Part shown: one piece after another, positions 12,563 through 28,732 of the stretch | Layout: each line of letters begins with the position of its first letter | Numbering within the stretch: the stretch's first letter is position 1 | Assembly (NCBI GenBank): GCA_002269645.1 | Contig: NIVC01000215.1 | Location: 310,001-374,000 of the forward strand | Length of the DNA: 64,000 nucleotides | Direction of reading: 5' to 3' | From: Macrostomum lignano | Lineage: Eukaryota | Made by a program: the position numbers and the translations under genes | The notes under the pieces: model-generated | The model's database searches: none | What the model saw: the letters and a program-made list of their open reading frames with translations, nothing else | Told to the model about the DNA's origin: nothing

Positions 12563-15500
12563 ATGCAAAAGCACTCGTCAGTTTCATTGGGTAGAAATGA
12601 AGCTGACGTTGTGGTAAGTAATTACCATTATTGGTTTGAATCGCATAAATAACATTAAATCAACCCAGCCCAGAAGAAACTGAAGCCCAGAAGCTTTTCT
12701 CCGAATTATCGACTGCTGATTTTATGGATATTACTTTACATGGTGACGAATTTAAATTGAATTTAAATTTGAATTTATATTCTTGTTCTACACAACAAAA
12801 CTTTACTTTTCCTGCATATTGTACAATTAATGTTATAGCTATCATCATTTAAACATCCGTGAATTATAAATTTATTGATTTACGTTAAAAAAAACTAACC
12901 GTTTTTCAGATGTTTCAAGAGCGTTGTGGGCTAGTAATGAAGTGGGTAAGTTAAAATCAATAATACTTTCAAAGACTGAATTTCTCAATGACATTATTTT
13001 CATATGATATAATCTTTCATTAAGAAATGCTTAAGTTGCTTCATAACATAATTTCACTTTATTAGGAAAAAAACTTTTTGGGATAAAATTAAATACTAAG
13101 CCTTTGTGTCTAACTGAATTAAGGTAAAATTTAGGTAATGCCACTTTGTTTAAATATTTATAACAAAAAAAGCTATGAAAATATTGCATTGTTTATATAC
13201 TACTACTTGGAATATTTCATAGTTAATTAATAAAATATTTTATCAAGTATCAATTTCAGTTAGATGACCACTAAGATAAAAAAAACCTGTATATATTTTT
13301 CCATTTTAGTTCAGCAAATGGAACCCGGAGCAGAGACAAGTGCTGCTTCACGAGCTGCTGGAGGACTGCACTATCCAGGAGTCAGACTTCCTGCACCAGC
13401 GCACTCGACGCTACGTTCCTCAGGTGCGCGTCGACATGACAGTGGAGCTGCCCAGACGGCTGAGTTTGAAGATCTTCTCCTACCTTGATCCGCGTAGTCT
13501 TTGCCGATGCGCTCAGGTAAAAAAGTTATTAAAACAGCTATTCAACTATTTGTTAATAAATTATTATTGCAATATTAATAAAATACTGAAATTTAGACAC
13601 TATGTTATACGAGTATGAAGCTTCAAGCCTTCGGAATGCTTTGAGAACGAGCTGGATTCTCGATGAGATTGAGCTGGATTCTCAATGAGATTAAGCTGGA
13701 TTCTCAATGAGATTGAGCTGGATTCTCAATGAGATTGAGCTGGATTCTCAATGAGATTGAGCTGGATTCTCAATGAGATTGAGCATTATTTTCATTGAGA
13801 TTGAGCTGGATTCTCAATGAGATTGAGCTTTATTTTCATTGAGATTGAGCTGGATTCTCAATGAGATTGGGCTGGATTCTCATTGAGATTAAGCTGGATT
13901 CTCAATGAGATTGAGCTTTATTTTCATTGAGATTGAGCTGGATTCTCAATGAGATTGGGCTGGATTCTCATTGAGATTAAGCTGGATTCTTAATGAGATT
14001 GAGCTTTATTTTCATTGAGATTGAGCTGGATTCTCAATGAGATTGAGCTTTATTTTCATTGAGATTGAGCTGGATTCTCAATGAGATTGGGCTGGATTCT
14101 CATTGAGATTGAGCTGGATTCTTAATGAGATTGAGCTTTATTTTCATTGAGATTGAGCTGGATTCTCATTGAGATTGAGCTGGATTCTCATTGAGATTGA
14201 ACTTGATTCTCATTGAGATTGAGCTGGATTCTCATTGAGATTGAGCTGGATTCTCATTGAGATTGAGCTGGATTCTCAATGAGATTGAGCTGGATTCTCA
14301 ATGAGATTGAGCTTTGTTTTCATTGAGATTGAGCTGGATTCTCAATGAGATTGAACTGGATTCTCAATGAGATTGAGCTGGATTCTTAATGAGATTGAAC
14401 TGGATTCTTATTGAGATTGAGCTGGATTCTCATTGAGATTGAACTGGAGTCTCAATGAGATTGAGCTGGATTCTTAATGAGATTGAGCAGGATTCTCATT
14501 GAGATTGAGCTGGATTCTCATTGAGATTGAGCTGGTTTCTCATTGAGATTGAGCTAGATTCTCATTGAGATTGAGCTGGTTTCTCATTGAGATTGAGCTG
14601 GTTTCTCATTGAGATTGAGCTGGATTCTCATTGAGATTTAGCTGGGTTAGGGGTGTTCGGGGTTCGGGGTCGGGATTAGGGGTCGGGGTTCGGGGTCCCG
14701 ATGAATGTTCGGGATGGGGTTCGGGGTTCCCGATAAATGTTCGGGATCGGGGTACGGGACGGGATTTTGGACCGGGATTTCGGGGTTTTCGGGGTTTCGC
14801 AAATTTTCTGAATTCCCATAGAACTACGAAAAAATCCTTATGAATTAGAATGTCGTCCTCTATGGTCTGCGGCAATTTCTTTCTGCTGATGTTGACGGCG
14901 TCGCTCGATCCATTCGGAGGCGTTTTATGGAGCAGCTGAACAAGTACACGTTTGAGTGCAAAGACTTCAACATCTTGTTCTACAAGACCGCTGCTTTTCT
15001 AGACAATACCATCGTCGCATCGCCTCATCTAAACCTGGGTGACATGGTGGACATCCAAAACCATCTCAAGAGTGAGGTCATCTGGAGCCTTGAGCAGGAG
15101 CTTTCTGGGCAAGATGCCGCTGCTGCTGCCAGCAGCGCAAATACAATGGCCGCTACCGAGGAGATGCACGATAATGTCACTTCGGGTACTGAAGACAGCT
15201 CTGGATGCAAGTTTTTGCAGTTCTGCAGATTATCTGGAATTACCACTCAGGAGTGCAATGCGACTGCGAGTGCATCGAACTCTGGCGCCAGAGGAGACGC
15301 GAGGAAGAAGGAAGCGAGGCGCAGAGCAGCTGATCAGCTTTCTCTGTACAGGAGTCTGGCGCAGCAGAATTTTCAGGTAGCAGTCAGCGAATTCTGGAAG
15401 CAGAACTCCGCTAATCTTCCAGAGCTGGCAGAGCTCGCCAAGCTTCACCTCACTGCCCCAGCATCATCTGTCCCATCAGAGTGCGCCTTCAGTGCTGCCG

Positions 15501-18500
15501 GTTTTCTAAAGCGCAATGAACGCTGCATCCTTTCCAGCTCATCGCTCAGCAAGTTAATGTTCTTGCGAGACAAGTTCGATTAGCTGTATGCCATATTCGT
15601 TGAGCCAGAGACTGTAAAGTGACTCGCGTTCTATTCTATTATCACTTGATAGTCTGATCATTTAGATTAGATGACATGAGAATTCAGATTATTTTTGTGT
15701 TTACTAGCGTCAACGTGCATCAATGGCAATGCCACCAAAGACTAAGTAAACGAGATTAAGAAAAAGAGAGATTGATTCTTGATTTATAAGATAGCTTCCA
15801 TCTCTGCAGAGAAAGAGACACATGATGTTTCACACATCAAACACATCAAAATTGTTGCACAATGAACACAACAGTTGAGTTCGTAAGTTCGTTAGTTCGT
15901 ATTTCGTATTCGTAATCGATGGAATTGAATAATATACTGAAAAAAATAGTGATTCACAATTGGAAAAAGAAAACAAAAGAAATGCAACCTGCCTTAAATT
16001 AATTTCACATAAATTTTAAGTTGAACTGAAAGTCTGAACAGACTAATAGTCGTAAGTAGCCGTCAATACCACTTTTTATTTCATGCTATTGCTTACTTCG
16101 GGTTTATCGGGGTTCGGGGTCGGGATTAGGGTTCGGGACGGGGTTCGGGGTTCCCGATAAATGTTCGGGACGGGGTTCGGGATTCCCGAAAGATGTTCGG
16201 GATCGGGGTTAACCCCGAACCCCGAAAAAAATGCCATCCCGAACACCCCTAAGCTGGATTCTCAGTGATATTCAAGAGCTGGATTCTTAATGAGATTGAG
16301 CTGGTTTCTCATTGAGATTGAGCTGGATTCTCATTGAGATTGAGCTGGTTTCTCATTGAGATTGAGCTGGATTCTCATTGAGATTGAGCTGGTTTCTCAT
16401 TGAGATTGAGCTGGATTCTCAGTGATATTCAAGAGCTGGATTCTCAATGAGATTGAGCTGGTTTCTCATTGAGATTGAGCTGGATTCTCATTGAGATTGA
16501 GCTGGTTTCTCATTGAGATTGAGCTGGATTCTCATTGAGATTGAGCTGGTTTCTCATTGAGATTGAGCTGAATTCTCAGTGATATTCAAGAGCTGGATTC
16601 TCAATGAGATTGAGCTTTATTTTCATTGAGATTGAACTGGATTTTCAATGAGATTGAGCTGGATTTTTAATGAGATTGAGCTGGTTTCTCATTGAGATTG
16701 AGCTGGATTCTCATTGAGATTGAGCTGGATTCTCATTGAGATTGAGCTGGTTTCTCATTGAGATTGAGCTGGATTCTCATTGAGATTGAGCTGGTTTCTC
16801 ATTGAGATTGAGCTGGATTCTCAGTGATATTCAAGAGCTGGATTCTCAATGAGATTGAGCTGGTTTCTCATTGAGATTGAGCTGGATTCTCATTGAGATT
16901 GAGCTGGTTTCTCATTGAGATTGAGCTGGATTCTCATTGAGATTGAGCTGGTTTCTCATTGAGATTGAGCTGGATTCTCAGTGATATTCAAGAGCTGGAT
17001 TCTCAATGAGATTGAGCTTTATTTTCATTGAGATTGAACTGGATTTTCAATGAGATTGAGCTGGATTTTTAATGAGATTGAGCTGGTTTCTCATTGAGAT
17101 TGAGCTGGATTCTCATTGAGATTGAGCTGGATTCTCATTGAGATTGAGCTGGATTCTCATTGAGATTGAGCTGGATTCTCATTGAGATTGAGCTGGTTTC
17201 TCATTGAGATTGAGCTGGATTCTCAGTGATATTCAAGAGCTGGATTCTCAATGAGATTGAGCTTTATTTTCATTGAGATTGAACTGGATTTTCAATGAGA
17301 TTGAGCTGGATTTTTAATGAGATTGAGCTGGTTTCTCATTGAGATTGAGCTGGTTTCTCATTGAGATTGAGCTGGATTCTCATTGAGATTGAGCTGGTTT
17401 CTCATTGAGATTGAGCTGGATTCTCATTGAGATTGAGCTGGTTTCTCATTGAGATTGAGCTGGATTCTCAGTGATATTCAAGAGCTGGATTCTCAATGAG
17501 ATTGAGCTTTATTTTCATTGAGATTGAACTGGATTTTCAATGAGATTGAGCTGGATTTTTAATGAGATTGAGCTGGTTTCTCATTGAGATTGAGCTGGAT
17601 TCTCATTGAGATTGAGCTGGATTCTCATTGAGATTGAGCTGGATTCTCATTGAGATTGAGCTGGATTCTCATTGAGATTGAGCTGGTTTCTCAGTGATAT
17701 TCAAGAGCTGGATTCTCAATGAGATTGAGCTTTATTTTCATTGAGATTGAGCTGGATTCTCATTGAGATTGAGCTGGTTTCTCATTGAGATTGAGCTGGA
17801 TTCTCATTGAGATTGAGCTTTATTTTCATTGTGATTGAGCTGGATTCTCATTGAGATTTAGCTTTATTTTCATTGAGATTGAGCTGGATTCTCAATGAGA
17901 TTGAGCTTTATTTTCATTGTGATTGAGCTGGATTCTCATTGAGATTTAGCTTTATTTTCATTGAGATTGAGCTGGATTCTCATTGAGATTGAGCTTGATT
18001 CTTAATGAGATTGAGCTGGTTTCTCATTGAGATTGAGCTGGTTTCTCATTGAGATTGAGCTGGATTCTCATTGAGATTGAGCTGGATTCTCATTGAGATT
18101 GAGCTGGTTTCTCATTGAGATTGAGCTGGTTTCTCATTGAGATTGAGCTGGGATCAGGCCGAGATCGCGCTAGTCAACAGAAGTTTCCTGTATTTTTATT
18201 TGCAGAAAAATTTTATTAACTGAACATTTAACTTTCGTTGCGTGCTACTTCTTTACTAGAAAACTAGTAGCGAGTCTTACCTTTAATTACTTTCGCTCTC
18301 CAAGGTGAATTCGCGCTGGCACTGGCTCTCTGAGGCCAACGAAGTTTGGCTGCCGAAGTGCAACAGGTTGCGCTGGCTGCTGCCGCCTGAAGGTCACGAA
18401 GACATTCAGCGTACCATGCGCTGGACTGGCGGCGCCCTCCTACCAGACGGTGTGTACAAGCGGCTGTACAGGGATAATCTGCTTAGTTTACAGGTGAGCG

Positions 18501-21500
18501 GGGTTTTGCATGATGCTTGATTTTATAGTCATTGAGAGTGGAAAAAATCTAAGTAATATAGCTAGTAGTATACTACTGAAGATCAGTATAATAGCTAGTA
18601 GTATAGAAGCTACTGCAGATACAGTTGTTTAGTAAATAGTAGTATATAAATGCTTTTTACGAGTATTAGTAATTTTTTCAAAAATATCTTCATGTACTAC
18701 AGTGTCAAAATATATAAATTAAATTGAATTTTCAATAGTCTCTATTTCTTTTCTTTGTTTAACATAGGACGGTCACCAGGTAATAATTATTTATTTGTGT
18801 GTTTTTCTTGGACCAATGCTTAAATCGCTACTTTAGGATTCTATATATTACCTATAATTGCACTGTCATTGTTATTGAAGTTTTACCATCACCATCTTTG
18901 CGTAGATTTGCTTGTTCATAACATAAAGGGAACATAAAAATGAGGAAAATTGGGGCCTAATGTGAAGTTCCTGCACACTGCACCGGCTGTACGGGCAGTA
19001 CGACTCAACGCAGTTGATTTGACTGGCTTCGTTGAGTGCTATAGTACATGTACATCCTTTGTCAACGGCGTCTTCAATCCTAGCAAGCCACCCGCTTGAT
19101 TGGTCAAAATCTTTGACGGTTGGACCAAGGCCAAAGTCACGTGACTGTTCCCGTGTTTTAACGGTTGGACCAAGGCCAAAGTCACGTGACTGTTCCCGTG
19201 TTTTAACGGTTGGACCAAGGCCAAAGTCACGTGACTGTTTTCGGGTTTAAACCGAGACCGCCCCGCCAGATTCAAGACTTAAATATTTATACTTCGAACG
19301 CAAAAAGGGGTGTTAAAAATCGATGAGAGTGCCCGCAGGGAGAGAGTGGCAGACAGATTAAACATGAACAAGGCTAGAGATAAGGACAGCCCTGGGAGTG
19401 GGGGTTGGTGGAAGGCCAAAACGCAGGGTGGAGATAAGAATTAAACACACAGTCAGCGAGACAGCCAGCCAATCAGAAAGCAGAAGGAGGGACGAACGGA
19501 GAGCAGAGGATTGCAAAAACACACACGAGCACCCAGCAGAGACAGGAATACCTATGCTTTCATTTGATAGCGTTCGCATTGTTTTTCAGTAGTATCTCAT
19601 CTGTATTTCTAATTCCGGATATGTTTAATTTTTTTCCTAAAAATTCAAAGCACGACGGAGTAGCACTGATGGAGCGCGACAGGCTGCTGGAGACGTCTCG
19701 CCGGCAGGATGCTCAGGTCGAAGCTGAGCGCCAGACCCGCCTGGAGACGTCCAGACGGAGGCAGCTGCCGCTGATGCAGGCGCCCTGGCACTCCAGTGGA
19801 GCCGCTCCACCTCACCGGTTCAACGTGCTGGATAGTCAGGATATTCAACGAATGGACTCCAGGAGGAGGGATCCGCCGCCGAGGAACACGTAAGTCTCCT
19901 CGTGTTGCGTCTTTGCTAATTATTTCCTTAGGAAAATCCCTGCTGCTTCCGATATTTGAGGGAAATCCCTGTTTCGTGTATCTAAGGGAAATCTCTGTTT
20001 CTTTGATCTAAGGGAAATCCCAGTTTCTTTGATCTAAGGGAAATCCCAGTTTCTTTGATCTAAGGGAAATCCCAGTTTCTTTGATCTATGGGAATTCCCA
20101 GTTTCTTTGATCTAAGGGAAATCCCAGTTTCTTTGATCTAAGGGAAATCCCAGTTTCTTTGATCTAAGGGAAATCCCAGTTTCTTTGATCTATGGGAATT
20201 CCCAGTTTCTTTGATCTATGGGAATTCCCGTTTCTTTGATCTATGGGAAATCCCTGTTTCCTCGATCTAAGAGAAATCCCTGTTTCACGTATCTAAGGAA
20301 AATCCCTGTTTCGTGTATGTAAGGTAAATCAGTGTTTCGTGTATGTATGGGAAATCCCTGTTTCGTGTATCTAAGGGAAATCCCTGTTTCGTGTATCTAA
20401 GGGAAATCCCTGTTTCTTTGATCTATGGGAAATCCCTGTTTTTTTGATCTATGGGAAATCCCTGTTTCTTTGATCTATGGGAAATCCCTGTTTCTTTGAT
20501 CTATGGGATATCCATGTTTTAAGTTATTGCTTATTTTCTCTGATGAACTAAAAGCGTAAACCGACGCTTATTATTGAGCCACATTTATTGTTATTTGGAT
20601 TTCCCTGCCCCAGAATGAGGAGCGTTGTGCAGGTGCCCTCCGGTCGACCATTCCGCTCCTCAATCAACATATCGGGCAGTTCGCCGGAGCGAGCCGAGCT
20701 CCGTGGAACCACAGCAACAATGCTGAACACATCGAGATCTTTTCACGCGACTGTAAGAATTATGGGCACTTTAAATAGCTGTGTACTCGTAAAATGATCG
20801 GACGCGATTAACTTTTCTAACTCCCCAATAATCCATTTGTCAGAGAGCTCTGTTCTCCGAGTCCACCACGCAGACACCTGCGGCTCTGTGGCAGGCCGCC
20901 TCAGCCGCCGCCGCCGCTGCCGCAGCCGCTTCTGATGAAGATGGCAATGACGAAAAGAAGAAGAAGGACAAGAAAAATAAGAAAAAGGACAAAGCCGGTA
21001 GCGGCGAAGATGGAAGCGACAGCGATGGAGGCGACAAGAAAAAGGACAAGAAGAAAAAGAAGAAGAAGGACAAAGCCGGAAGCGGCGAAGATGAAAGCGA
21101 CAGCGATGGAGGCGACAAGAAAAAGGACAAGAAGAAAAAGAAGAAGAAGGACAAAGCCGGAAGCGGCGAAGATGAAAGCGACAGCGATGGAGGCGACAAG
21201 AAGAAGGACAAGAAGAAAAAGAAGAAGAAGGACAAAGCCGGTAGTGGTGAAGATGGAAGCGACAGCGATGGAGGCGACAAGAAGAAGGACAAGAAGAAAA
21301 AGAAGAAGAAGGACAAAGCCGGTAGCGGTGAAGATGAAAGCGACAGCGATGGAGGCGACAAGAAGAAGGACAAGAAGAAAAAGAAGAAGAAGGACAAAGC
21401 CGGAAGCGGCGAAGATGAAAGCGACAGCGATGGAGGCGACAAGAAGAAGAAGGACAAGAAAAAGAAGAAGAAGGACAAAGCCGGAAGCGGCGAAGATGAA

Positions 21501-21710
21501 AGCGACAGCGATGGAGGCGACAAGAAAAAGGACAAGAAGAAAAAGAAGAAGAAAGATGGTAGCGAGGAAGAAGAGGACAGCGAGGGCGAGGGCAAGCAGA
21601 AGAAAAAGAAGAAGGAAAAGCAGATAGAGGAGTTCAAGCCGAGGAAGCTGAATCTGAAGGAGGGCGCGTCTGGTAGAGGCAGTCAGCCTCTGCTGACTCC
21701 AGACTCCTGA
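12563..21710 (+). CDS. FBXO16: F-box protein, FBXO16-like. Exons 12563-12613, 12910-12945, 13310-13516, 18305-18493, possibly 18768-18779, 19651-19889, 20614-20752, 20844-21710
   Basis: [12 protein letters not shown]|[20 protein letters not shown]...[24 protein letters not shown]|[19 protein letters not shown] parallels FBXO16 (FEERRALLGKWFDKW...[28 protein letters not shown]...LWMLKC), recalled from memory. APWHSS...RFNVLDS parallels its PPWRSS...RFNYLDN. All junctions are GT-AG and phase-compatible; AATAAA at 21818. True start, microexon and attachment of the last two exons are less certain. Confidence 0.8.
13630..18150. repeat. 22-bp satellite (GAGATTGAGCTGGATTCTCA[A/T]T) in the FBXO16-like intron, interrupted by the hAT element
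   Basis: Arrays at about 13630-14647 and 16252-18150. Confidence 0.97.
14648..16251 (+). mobile_element. Internally deleted hAT DNA transposon, 1604 bp
   Basis: 14-bp TIRs TAGGGGTGTTCGGG (14648) and CCCGAACACCCCTA (ends 16251). 8-bp flanks AGCTGGGT and AGCTGGAT match 7/8. GGGGTTCGGG subterminal repeats. ORF 14927-15583 ends in a hAT dimerisation domain (FWKQN...[26 protein letters not shown]); no N-terminal transposase portion. Confidence 0.9.
19114..19250. repeat. 45-bp tandem repeat x3, each unit containing the palindrome GTCACGTGAC
   Basis: ACGGTTGGACCAAGGCCAAAGTCACGTGACTGTTCCCGTGTTTTA-type unit read three times. Confidence 0.9.
19930..20520. repeat. 26-bp tandem repeat (AAGGGAAATCCCAGTTTCTTTGATCT), intronic
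   Basis: Directly visible. Confidence 0.93.
20988..21554 (+). repeat. Coding 81-bp repeat x7 ([27 protein letters not shown])
   Basis: Units start at 20988, 21069, 21150, 21231, 21312, 21393, 21474. The frame from 20844 is open to TGA at 21708-21710. Confidence 0.9.
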
Positions 21711-21852
21711 GCGATCGCTGCGGCAACCTAAAACTTGCATTTGTGCACAAGGACCGCTGGTAAATTATAACCCCGATTTCGTTTCGAAATGCATTAGCAA
21801 AACAGGAAGCTTGCACCAATAAAGTATTTTGATTGATGCTGGTTTGTTGGTC

Positions 21853-21995
<143 letters not shown>

Positions 21996-22565
21996 CTTAG
22001 TGTTTGCTCATGACTACAAAAGGCAAACCAGTGCAATCCTTCATCTTGTGAATGCTAGAAGCAGCTGTTACGTGGTATTGGAGCAGTCTACTGACATCTT
22101 TTCCAGCTATTTTTAATCTCATAATTTCGCTAGTGGGTCCTAAACGAAAGAGATTCATAAAGCCATGTAAAGCACTTAAGAGCTGTTTCACTGCGCTGAA
22201 CAATATAGATGATATATAATTTTTTTGTTTTTTTTCTAAAAACCTAACTCGCTTCTGTCTGTAACGCTTGCATCTGACGCATTCCATTAGAAAAATCATT
22301 TTCATTACTTTTTACTGTGTTTATCATTAATACAGCTTTTGCTCTTTTTTCAAGAGCGCTTTCTTTAGTTATAATTCTATTTTAGAACGAAAAAATACGT
22401 TACTTTTAATTTCTGCAGCGCTCGCCAGCACACCTTTGATTTCGTTGCAAATCGACTGTTTGATTAAATTTTTCTTTAAAAAACAACAGCTTTGCTCTGC
22501 GTCTTTCATAGTCTGCACTTTTTGCTTCTTCTGGCTGAGCGATTTGTCTTCCGTAGAATGGCGCG

Positions 22566-23210
22566 TCTGTGTGTGTCTGCCTTCCTGTCTGTGTGTGTCT
22601 GCCTTCCTGTCTGTGTGTGTCTGCCTTCCTGTCTGTGTGTGTCTGCCTTCCTGTCTGTGTGTGTCTGCCTTCCTGTCTGTGTGTGTCTGCCTTCCTGTCT
22701 GTGTGTGTCTGCCTTCCTGTCTGTGTGTGTCTGCCTTCCTGTCTGTGTGTGTCTGCCTTCCTGTCTGTGTGTGTCTGCCTTCCTGTCTGTGTGTGTCTGC
22801 CTTCCTGTCTGTGTGTGTCTGCCTTCCTGTCTGTGTGTGTCTGCCTTCCTGTCTGTCCGTGTCTGCCTTCCTGTCTGTGTGTGTCTGCCTTCCTGTCTGT
22901 GTGTGTCTGCCTTCCTGTCTGTGTGTGTCTGCCTTCCTGTCTGTGTGTGTCTGCCTTCCTGTCTGTATGTGTCTGCCTTCCTGTCTGTGTGTGTCTGCCT
23001 TCCTGTCTGTGTGTGTCTGCCTTCCTGTCTGTGTGTCTGCCTTCCTGTCTGTGTGTGTCTGCCTTCCTGTCTGTCTGTGTGTGTCTGCCTTCCTGTCTGT
23101 CTGTGTGTGTCTGCCTTCCTGTCTGTCTGTCTGTGTCTGCCTTCCTGTCTGTCTGTGTGTGTCTGCCTTCCTGTCTGTGTGTGTCTGCCTTCCTGTCTGT
23201 CTGTCTGTCC
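22566..23210. repeat. About 22-bp repeat (GTGTGTGTCTGCCTTCCTGTCT)
   Basis: Directly visible; explains the Cys/Val/Leu periodic ORFs 22436, 22492, 22569. Confidence 0.95.
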
Positions 23211-23839
23211 TGTTTTTGGCTGCCTGTCTTTTTCTGTATTTCTAATTTTTTTACTGTCTATGTTGTTACAAAACCTGAAGGAATTCAGCTTTCAAAAACC
23301 TAATGCTAATGAGCCATGGTCTCAGTAGTCATAATTGCTTACTGAAAAAATAGAATTTAAAAAGTTTATATTTTTAAATCGCCTAATTTTCTAATTTGTT
23401 AATATTGTGTTTCTGCGATTCTTTATTTATCGGCATACATAATTATCTGTGATGTACTCAATTTTGTTCACTGCAGCGCAGTGTTCAATTAGCAGATAAC
23501 AGCTAAAACTTGTGCATAGCGCGTTTATTTATCTAAGTTTTTCAAGATTAAAACAAAAGGCCGCCGATTTGATTCGTGGATCGACAAACTGCGGGTTATT
23601 AATTGTAATGATTTTTTCAAACAGCTTCTAGACTTCCCATTGTCAATTCTTTGACGGGCGTGCCGGTGAACAAAGGAATGAGTTTAACGAGCGTTTAATT
23701 AAACGCTAAATTTATTGCTTCTTCAGCTTGAAGATTTTAATTTTTCCGGAAATTAAGTTTTCCTGTCTTAATTTCGAACACAAATTTGTCATTAAATATT
23801 AGATTCAAGCGGACAAAGTCACGCAGTGAAGACCCGCTG

Positions 23840-26245
<2,406 letters not shown>

Positions 26246-26779
26246 TGTTAAACAGTTCTTTTTTGTGTAGCCGAGAATCGAACTTTGCTGTGTGTCTGTT
26301 TGATCAAAGAGTAATTTAGCCATTTTTAGCCTGTAATCTATGCAATTAGAGAGGCCATAATTATTGTTTCAGAGAACGTAATTGGTTAATTTAAAGCTGC
26401 CCTTAGAGAGTTGAATTTTAATAATTGCTTTTGAGTACAGAGATGAATTTTGCGATGGATGGGTTTTGAAAGGTTAGCATTTTAGGGTTTGGTAATTAAA
26501 TTTTTTAGGGAAGAAAACTGGAAACGGGCCATAATGGGAGTAGCAGGAAGAAATTGAGTGAGAGAGTGGGAGAGGGGCTAGGGAGAAGGAGAGAGGGAGA
26601 GGGATGGGAGTGAAAGGTAGAGTGTGAGAGATTGAGAGTTAAAGAGAGGGAGGGAGAGAGTGTGGGAGAGAGATAGAGGGGGTGGGGGTAGAAAAAGTAC
26701 TGTATTTAATTAAATTTGCCGGTATTTCGAGTTAGGTTACTATTCGTCAGGGCAATAGGTCTTCTTTACTCTTCTCAGG

Positions 26780-27770
<991 letters not shown>

Positions 27771-28732
27771 AAGCATGACTGTCATATTAAGGTAAAGAAG
27801 AGTGACCAGATAAATACCCTCTGCAGAAAAACAGTGAGCAAACAGATCGCAATGTTCACCTATTTACTGTCCACTTCTGCTGCTGTCCTTCAATTTAAAA
27901 TAAAGTTTTTGTGGATTTTTTCCTCCAACCTCTTTCGAATCTTGATAGCTTTTGTTATTACTGACAGCGAACTCGGCCGCAACCATCTCGGCAACTTTTT
28001 TATATTCCCTGAGGGAAGAGGAGGATGAAGAGCTGCAGCGTCCCCGATTCGACTGCCAATAAAACTGCTCAGTGGGACTCCAAGCCAATAAGGGGATTTC
28101 ACAGTTCAAAGGGATCTAGCTATAGATCTCGTTCAATACCGAACCTCTCTGTGACTGTCTGTGACAGCAACATGATTCACAAGCTAGCGACTAACTCATC
28201 CGTCATTCATTGGCGCAATCTGCATAAACAGAAACTGTTTTGCATTGCAGGAAAGATTCGCTTGCCTTTCCGAGCAACTCAGTCATTAGGTGGCAATAAA
28301 AGCAGTGCATTCTGTGTCTCTCCTATCTGTCCAATTCTTTCAAGTTGCAATAACGATATGGAAGACGTTTTGAGGAGTGCCATACATTTTCGTGTGCCTC
28401 TGTCACGAAGAGGCCATTTTTAATGCACGCAGCTGTTCTGCGGCAAAAAATTGACACAATAGGGCCCATCGAACACATATTCGACGTCTTCCAACTCTAA
28501 CCCCTTGCCCTCTCCAACTGGGTCTTTAGACTGGCAGGGAGTATTTACACAGAGAATCCGAGCTCCAATGCTTTCATTTTGTATCTGTTTCGCCTATACA
28601 AAAAGAAACTTATTAATTAAGCAGCTAACGACAAATATCCATGCAGTCGTGAGGCGTGCGTTTCTGAAGCAGAGAGCAGTCCAAAGTTGCGCGTCTAGCT
28701 CTTGATCCACTCTAAAGGAGCAACCAGCGGCC

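Noticed and set aside
20840-21740. Track ORFs 20840-21637(-), 20901-21740(-) and 20935-21627(+) as membrane or protamine-like proteins
   Set aside because: They are alternative frames of the 81-bp repeat. The third plus frame has the acceptor, phase match, stop and polyA signal.
28025-28423. 132-aa ORF upstream of the PTB-like gene
   Set aside because: No recognisable motif or clear splice link; may be UTR or chance.
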